Of a DNA stretch of 64,000 nt, positions 51,988 to 64,000 are shown one piece after another. The stretch lies in NCBI RefSeq assembly GCF_009914755.1, contig NC_060930.1; one strand, 5' to 3'. The position numbers and the translations under genes were made by a program. The notes under the pieces are model-generated. The model ran no database searches. It saw only the letters and a list, made by a program, of their open reading frames with translations, and was not told the origin of the DNA. The number at the start of each line of letters is the position of its first letter. Position 1 is the first letter of the stretch. The DNA is from the human T2T-CHM13v2.0 reference genome, Homo sapiens.

Positions 51988-54900
51988 CTATTGAGAACTT
52001 AAAATGTGGCTAGTGTATTGAGGCACTAAATTTAAAATTGTATTAATTTAAATCCAAATAGCCATGTGTCTAGCAAATAATTTAGGAGACTGTTGGTATA
52101 GCTCAGGTGATAGAATTAGGACAGAAGGGTGAGTTGATGGATAGTTAAGAGGCAAAATTATGAGTCTGTAAGGGTGTGAGAAAAGGAAATCAAGAACAGG
52201 CTCCCAGATTACAGACTTTGTGGTTAAACAGCCACCATTACTCAGGACAACAGAAGAGAAAGAGCAGGTCTAGAGTGTATAGTGATTTCATCAATTTTGA
52301 ACATACTGGTGTCTGAGAGTTATCCCAGTGGGAATATTTAGTAGAAAGTTTAGCTTAGAGAGCTGTCTGAACTAAAGATTCAGACTTCAGAGGCTTTGAG
52401 CCATGGAGTCAGATTACCTAGAGAAGTTGAACAAAATTAGAAGCAAACAAGAATCACAGCAAATATCAACACATAAAAAGGGGCTAAGGAAGAAAAATCT
52501 ACTGAGACTGGAGAGGAACAGTTACACAAATAGGAAAAGAAACAAGTGAGAGTGGTATAGAAGTCAAGGGTAGAGAGAATGTCAGGAAGGAAACATGATC
52601 AAATGTCGAATGCCTCAGAGGTCAAATAAAGTGAGAACTGTAAAGTGCTTCCTGACTTTGCCAGTTAGGAGGTTCTTGGTGACATCTGCCAGAAAAGTTT
52701 TGGTGGTAGCAGCCTGACAGAGGTAGCTTGAAGAGTGGGGATGGGGAAAGAGAATGTGACAAAGAATTGAGATAGTAAGGATAATTTCAGTTTCAGGTCT
52801 TGGCTGTGCAAGGAAGCCGAGAGACATGAGTCTCTAAGAGGGCACGATATTGAGAGGGTTGTTATCTTTCTGTCAGCGGGGAAACCAAGAGAAAAGTTTA
52901 AAAAGGTCAAAAGGGGGAGAAGGGAAGACAGCTTCCGGGTAACAGAGAAGGTTGACCAGGTCAATAGTAAAGGATTTCCTCAAACCGAAGGGAGGACCTC
53001 TAGTGAAATGAGAAAGGAATACACAATTGACCCAGTTTGCAGGTGGGAAATGGGAAGCCAGTTCTGCAAATTGGCCTTTCTGTTCTGTGAAGTGCCATCT
53101 GTCGGTGAGGAGAGATTAGGGTCTGCAGCGTGAAAATCTGGACCATACTCTGGGTAATCAAGGGAGAGGTTATCGGCTAATGACAAATTAAAGGCTTACT
53201 TTTTAGCTGGCAACTGAATCACCATAACATTTTATGTTACCAGTTCCAAAATTTTGGGGGGAATTCACTCAAGCTTGGGAGAGGAGAGATCATAACTTTA
53301 AGAGTATAAGAGGTTTAAACGGTCCACTACGAAATAAATAGAGAAGGAAAAGTTATCAGCTGGTAAATATCGTAGAAGGTAGAGCGGTCCAGGGACTCAC
53401 AGGTCTCACTAAAGAAAAGTCTAGCGTAGGTTCACGGCACGGAGAGATTTTAAGGCTGCCTAAGACTAAAGCCAAATACGAAGTCCACATCTGCGGTCCG
53501 CACCTTATCTCTCCGCGCGGCAGGCGCGACGAGGGCGAGAAACTCCCTCTCCAGTGGTCGCACCACACGACACCAGGGAAGGGGCCCCTCTCTCCAGACC
53601 CTCATATCTCCAGGTCCAGGCCCCATTTTCCTCCGCTGACAGCTCAGCAGCGTGCGCTTCCGCTGGATTCAGGCCAGGACCAGCGAAGCCGCACCTTACA
53701 CCCACCGAGGAGGAAACAAGCCTGGCCACCCGAGGCTACCCCGCTAGGCCGCGGGTAGTGGGGGAGGGGGCGCTGAGGCAGGAGGTCAGCACCCGGGCGC
53801 GGGCTCCCGCCCCACGAAATGCGCGCGCTCCAAGCCCCGCCGCCGGAGATGCGGTTCCGGTCCGGACGCCTGCGCACTACGGCTCTCCCCGCAGCCTCTG
53901 GCCCTCCTTCCCCCTCCCCCAGTCAGGGCGCACCCTTGCGCCTGCGCTGTGTGTGTTCCTGGTCTGCGGCAGCCATGCTGAACTCGTATGGAGAGGCGAG
54001 TGGGGGGGACAGAGTCCAGGACTGCGGGATAGGAAGCTGGGGATATGGACAAGCAGCAGCGTTATAGCGCTCTGGGTTTCGGGACATAGGCCTGGGCCAT
54101 GCGGCCCCCTTGGCCCCTTGGCGCGACCCCCAGGAACGTTCGGAAAGCTGGTCCTCGTGGCTGGGGGAAAGGCGGGGGGTGGGGGGGAAGCGGGCACGTG
54201 ACCCCGGTCAGCCAATCTGGGTGCTGCTGACGTGGCCGCGCGGCCCCGATGCTCTCCCCACCCCCCCAGCCCGTTCGGGAAGGGAGGGGCTGGGGGCTAC
54301 GCCCCCTCCCCCAGCACGGCTTCGTTTTCTGGGGGGGGGTTGACACCCCGGATTACATACCCCGTACCAAGCCGAGGGCAACTTTGGAGGCCCCCTGGAA
54401 GGCTTTAGGATCCAGGTGAGAAGGGGCCCTTGTGGGGCGGAGATGTCAGTCAAGTGCTTAACCAATGGTGGGGAGTCCGGGAGGGGGATTCTTGGGGTTC
54501 AGGAAAGAATCCTGAGAGTGGGAAGATTTGTCCTTCAAACCTTTTACAGCCAATGGGAGCGTGGAGGGGGGGCGAGCGGGAGAGGGCCATGGGGGGGGAG
54601 GGGAATGGCCAGCCTCATGCCTCCGTACCCATTGGAGGGCAAAGGGGTTAGGGGGCGGTGTGGCCCCCCCTATTCCATTCGTCCCCTGGGGGTACAGCAG
54701 CCGGGAGCCAGGTGAGAAGGGATCCATCGGCGGCCGAGGGAGGGGTGACCTGGCGGTGGGCTGAGGAGTGGTGGCTGTGGCCCCTACCCGTGGATGTGAA
54801 TGCTTTAGGAGTTGGCCACCCATGTTGTGAACTGAGGTTGTTCCCAGGCGCCAACTTCCTTTCTCCCCAGAGCCTCTGGAGGGAGCATTGCTGTGCGCCC

Positions 54901-56953
54901 TTTGTGTCCGCGGTAGGGGAGCTCCAGTCGTCACACCGCAGGCTGGAGGTTACGCTTCGAGTCGCTTACCGAATTTGTGTGCATTCACGTGGACACGGCC
55001 TGTGGGGCCTTTTGCCCCTGTAGGGTCTTTACTGAGCACGTGTCTACTCCAGGCTGGGGTGCTTACAAGCTGAAAGCTTGAGGTCTGCTTAGGAACAGAA
55101 ACCAGGCCCAAGGTGGGTGCTGGCAGTAGGGGGTCTAGACAGCATGGTCTGAGATGCGAGGGAGGCTCGGGACCTGGAATGATTTCACAGCTCCCAAGGT
55201 TTCGGGTTTCTCCAGGGTGGCCTCTTCCATCGCCTCCCTCATCCCCTCCCCCAGTCCTGAACAGTTCTCTCCTTGTGTACTGCGGGGGAGGGAACGGAAA
55301 GGAGGAAAGAGTTACTTTCCCAAATTACTGAGTAGCAGTAGCCTCCCTGGTGACTCATGTGGGGGAAGGGAGGATAGAGGATCGGGAGGCAGTGATTTTC
55401 CGGAATGCAGGGAATAAACGAGAGCAATGTCTGGCTGCCCTTTTCCTAAGGCCTAGTATTTTCTCAGCCTCCTAAGTTTTTATTCCATGGCCGGCCCCCT
55501 GATGGGCCTCTGTCCTGGCCTGCAGAGCCCCGGTGGAGAAAAGCAGATTTGGGAGGTTGGGCCTCTAGGGGGAGGGGAAAAGGCCTCTGCAAAGTTGCTG
55601 TGTCATTGCCCTCCATGCTGCAGCCACCCAAACGGGGCCGCTTGTACTTTTGGGGGCCAGGGCCTGATCCCTGGCTGGGGGAAGGGGACTCTGCTCTCCT
55701 GACGCTCATTTTCCCCCGCCCTCCCGGGGTTTGCCCTACTCGGGGGGTCAGAAGACAGGAGATTGGCGGCCATTTTAGACGCAGTAACCGAGGTTGGAGT
55801 TGAAGGGCTACTGCAGAGGAGGGAGGGTGGCGTGGTTGCAGCTCAAGGACCTAGGCCCTTACGAGCCCTTCCCGGGCGAGGGGGAATCTTATCGTATATT
55901 TGTTCACCTACGTTGATTATTTTTCCCAGATACGTACACAAGTTTGTTTTCTCCCTGGTAGCGAAGAAAGGGGAAACGGGGGAGGGGACGCCCCACCAAA
56001 GCCCAGGTTTTCTCGGGTGGGGGAGATCCTTTCACTCTCTTGTAAGGGGGCGGGGACGGCCCCAGAGATGCTCTGGAGATCCTGACTCTGGGCTCTGGTT
56101 GATTCACAGAGTCTGCACCCTTATTTAGATAACCAAGTTAGGAGGAAGACTTAAGAGTAAGTTGGGGGGAGGGGGCGAAACTGAGCTCCCAAAATGGCTC
56201 CTGCCCCTCCTCGGAGGCGGACGGCCGGGGGGAGGGGAGGAGGGGAGGAGGGGGAGGGCTAGTCTGAGCCGCAGCCGCCGCCTCCTCCGCTCGCCCTCCT
56301 CCCTGGCGCTGACCGATGGACCAGCCGCTCCGTGGGGAGGACTCCGGACCCTGGTGGGGGGGCGGGGGGGTTCTTTCGCCCCCGTGGCGGAGGGCCCCTG
56401 AGAGGCGGATACGGGTGTGCCTTTGGGGGTGATGTGGCGTGTGGGGGGAAAGGTCCGAGCTCGCCTGGAGGGGGAGGGTTTTTCCCTTAAGTCATCCCTC
56501 CCAGGACTTGCTTTTTCTGCTCTGAGCCGGACGCCGGAATGGAGTTTGAGGAAGAGGTGAGGTGTGTTGCATTGTATAGGGTAGATGGATGCGTTTGGAG
56601 ATTTTAATCCCACTTTTAGGGTTGCCGAGGATTTTTCGAACGAGCAGAAATGTATTGGTAACTGTAGGTGTGAGTGGGGAGGGATTAGAAAGGTGCTTGG
56701 ACGTGCAAATTTGGGAGACGTATTTTAGCTTTTGTGGTCTTTGGGACTAAACAGTAGTAAATAATGTTTTGCTCGTCTTTCCATCGTTTGGCTTGAGGGA
56801 GGGAGTGGAGTATTATAAGACTCTGGCAACACTGTTTTAGACTGTGGGGCATGGGAACGTTAGATCCCCTCATCGCCGTTCTGAAGCCCGTAGCTGTTCG
56901 CCATAGAGGAGCAGGCCGCGGCTTCTAAGATGGCGTCTTTTTCCTCGTTTCAG

Positions 56954-58257
56954 ATTCTTCGCTGCTGCTGCCTTACCGCCGAGAACCACCACCCGCCAGG
57001 CGTCTTGCGGCCACACCCCTGGCGGGTTCAGGCAGGCTACGCCCACGCGACCCCTCCCGTTTCCCTGCTTTGGCCAATGGAGGAGCTACGAATGGCACGA
57101 CCTGCTCGAGCTTGGCAGTCTCCAGTTGGGCTGTGCATGGAAGCTTGGGAAGACTTTGTTGGAAGGGGAGGCGGGGAGAGAGTGCTGGAGGCTCTGGGGC
57201 GATGGCTTCCGCACCTCTTCCAACCACCCTCTTTCCCTGGAGTCGGCGGACCACAGCTCAGCCAATTGGCTTGGAGATGTGGCGGGTTGCCACTTCCCTG
57301 TGGGTCTCTGCGGCACTCTTCTGCCTGGTGACTGACACCTTGGAAATGAAGTTTATGACGTCATCGTTGCGGCTGGCCAATAGAAAAAGCTCCCGCGGAG
57401 AGGTGTTCCTTCCCCTTCGACTCAGCTTCTTCACCCGCGTGAGCGAGCGCGCGCGCGCGGAGGGGGTGGGGAAAATCTCAAGCAGGGTGGCGCGCATGAG
57501 CGGCGAAGCTCCTCCTCCCCGCCTATATATAAAGGGCTGGCGCGGGGCTCGGCGGCGCCATTTCGTGCTGGAGTGGAGCAGCCTCTAGAACGAGCTGGAG
57601 GATTCTGCCTACCGATACAGAGCCTTCGAGTCGTCCGGGGCCGCCATTACAATCCACCTCCATCCGCTTGGAAATGGCCTTCGTCCCGGCCTATGACTGG
57701 TCCCAGCGGGCAGTACAGACCCCTTAGAAGCCCCTGGAGCTCCCCTTTTTCGGGCCCCGCCCAATCCTCGGAGTCTGTCCACCCCCTCTACTCCGCCCTC
57801 AAGAGGATTTCAAAGATGGAGGCGGCGGCTCCCTAAACCACTTTTCGTGTTCATCCGCCTCCATCCGAGATCGAAACGGGACCTCGTCGGCCCCGTAGGG
57901 GCCCGACAAGAAGAGGGAATCCCTGGAGACCAACAGCGGGCTATATTGACGACGGTGTCTGAGATCGGGGACCGTCTTTTGAAGAGTCAGTCCCTCCTTA
58001 GTTGCCCGCCTCAGCTGAGGCCGCCGCCATTTTCTTGCTGTCCGCCGTCTGCAGAGCGCGCCAAGCTGCCCGGAGCTCTCCGAGAGGCCCCAAAGAGACT
58101 GCTTTCGTGCCGGCCAGGCAGGGGGTTTGTCGCCTGGAGGCCCAAGAGGAACGGCCTCCCCCCAACTTAGCGGGTTATGCTGGACCGGGCGGTGAGGGGA
58201 ACCGAGGCCACCCGGACTTTCCGCGGCTGAGGGCAGCGCCGGTTCCTTGCGGTCAAG
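56954..58257 (+). other. BRD2: BRD2 long 5' UTR exon portion (upstream non-coding exon donor at 54415)
   Basis: Acceptor ttttcctcgtttcag|ATTC at 56954; upstream donor CCAG|gtgag at 54415. Confidence 0.7.
57356..57563 (+). promoter_or_regulatory. BRD2 proximal TATA promoter (CRE, CCAAT, GC repeat, TATA, YY1)
   Basis: TGACGTCA 57356-57363, CCAAT 57377-57381, (GC)6 57447-57458, TATATATAAA 57524-57533, GGCGGCGCCATTT 57551-57563. Confidence 0.8.
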
Positions 58258-63747
<5,490 letters not shown>

Positions 63748-63863
63748 GTGAGTTAGAGTAGGAAGCAGAGACTAGTTTGGCTATTTCTGTCTCTCTGGGG
63801 GATGCCATCTCTCTTTGCAAAGATAATTCTAAATGGCCAGTTAACAGATACAATAGGCTTTGA

Positions 63864-64000
63864 GCAGTGGTCCCCAACCTTTTTGGCACCAGGGACCAGT
63901 TTCGTGGAAGACAGATTTTACCACAGACAGGGTTTGAGGGGATGGTTTTTGGGATGAAACTGTTCCAGAACTCAGATCATTGGGCCATTGGATTCCCATA
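63864..64000 (+). mobile_element. MER1-type hAT element (partial) in BRD2 intron
   Basis: cagtggtccccaacctttttggcaccagggaccagtttcgtggaagaca. Confidence 0.85.

Noticed and set aside
52785-52794. ISRE-like TTTCAGTTTC
   Set aside because: A single short motif next to ancient repeat sequence, expected by chance.
53554-54201. 215-aa ORF and many overlapping ORFs across 53.5-58.5 kb
   Set aside because: Mostly non-ATG starts and low-complexity Pro/Gly/Arg/Ala content, as expected from stop-codon scarcity in a CpG island. No recognisable domain.

Overview
Human (primate) genomic DNA from the MHC class II region, 6p21.3. It contains the complete HLA-DMB gene (minus strand, 6 exons, 263 aa) and the complete HLA-DMA gene (minus strand, 5 exons, 261 aa). 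It also contains the CpG-island promoter and first nine coding exons of BRD2/RING3 (plus strand, runs off the window end). I assembled all exons by hand: every intron is GT-AG and the frames close correctly. The first ~19 kb and the DMA-BRD2 interval are dense in L1, Alu, L2, MIR, LTR and DNA-transposon fossils. Most ORFs in the supplied track are Alu/L1 or GC-rich artefacts. I found no new protein-coding system. The most interesting unexplained structure is genomic: (i) an Alu-Alu inversion at ~4.1-5.1 kb, shown by swapped target-site duplications (TSDs); (ii) two locally templated insertions; (iii) re-use of identical L1-endonuclease sites; (iv) a template-switch palindrome. BRD2 also carries layered post-transcriptional control: uORFs, a 92-nt poison exon, and a candidate second poison exon that would be sterically exclusive with a BD2 exon. 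Repeat family names are from recognition by eye and their boundaries are approximate.
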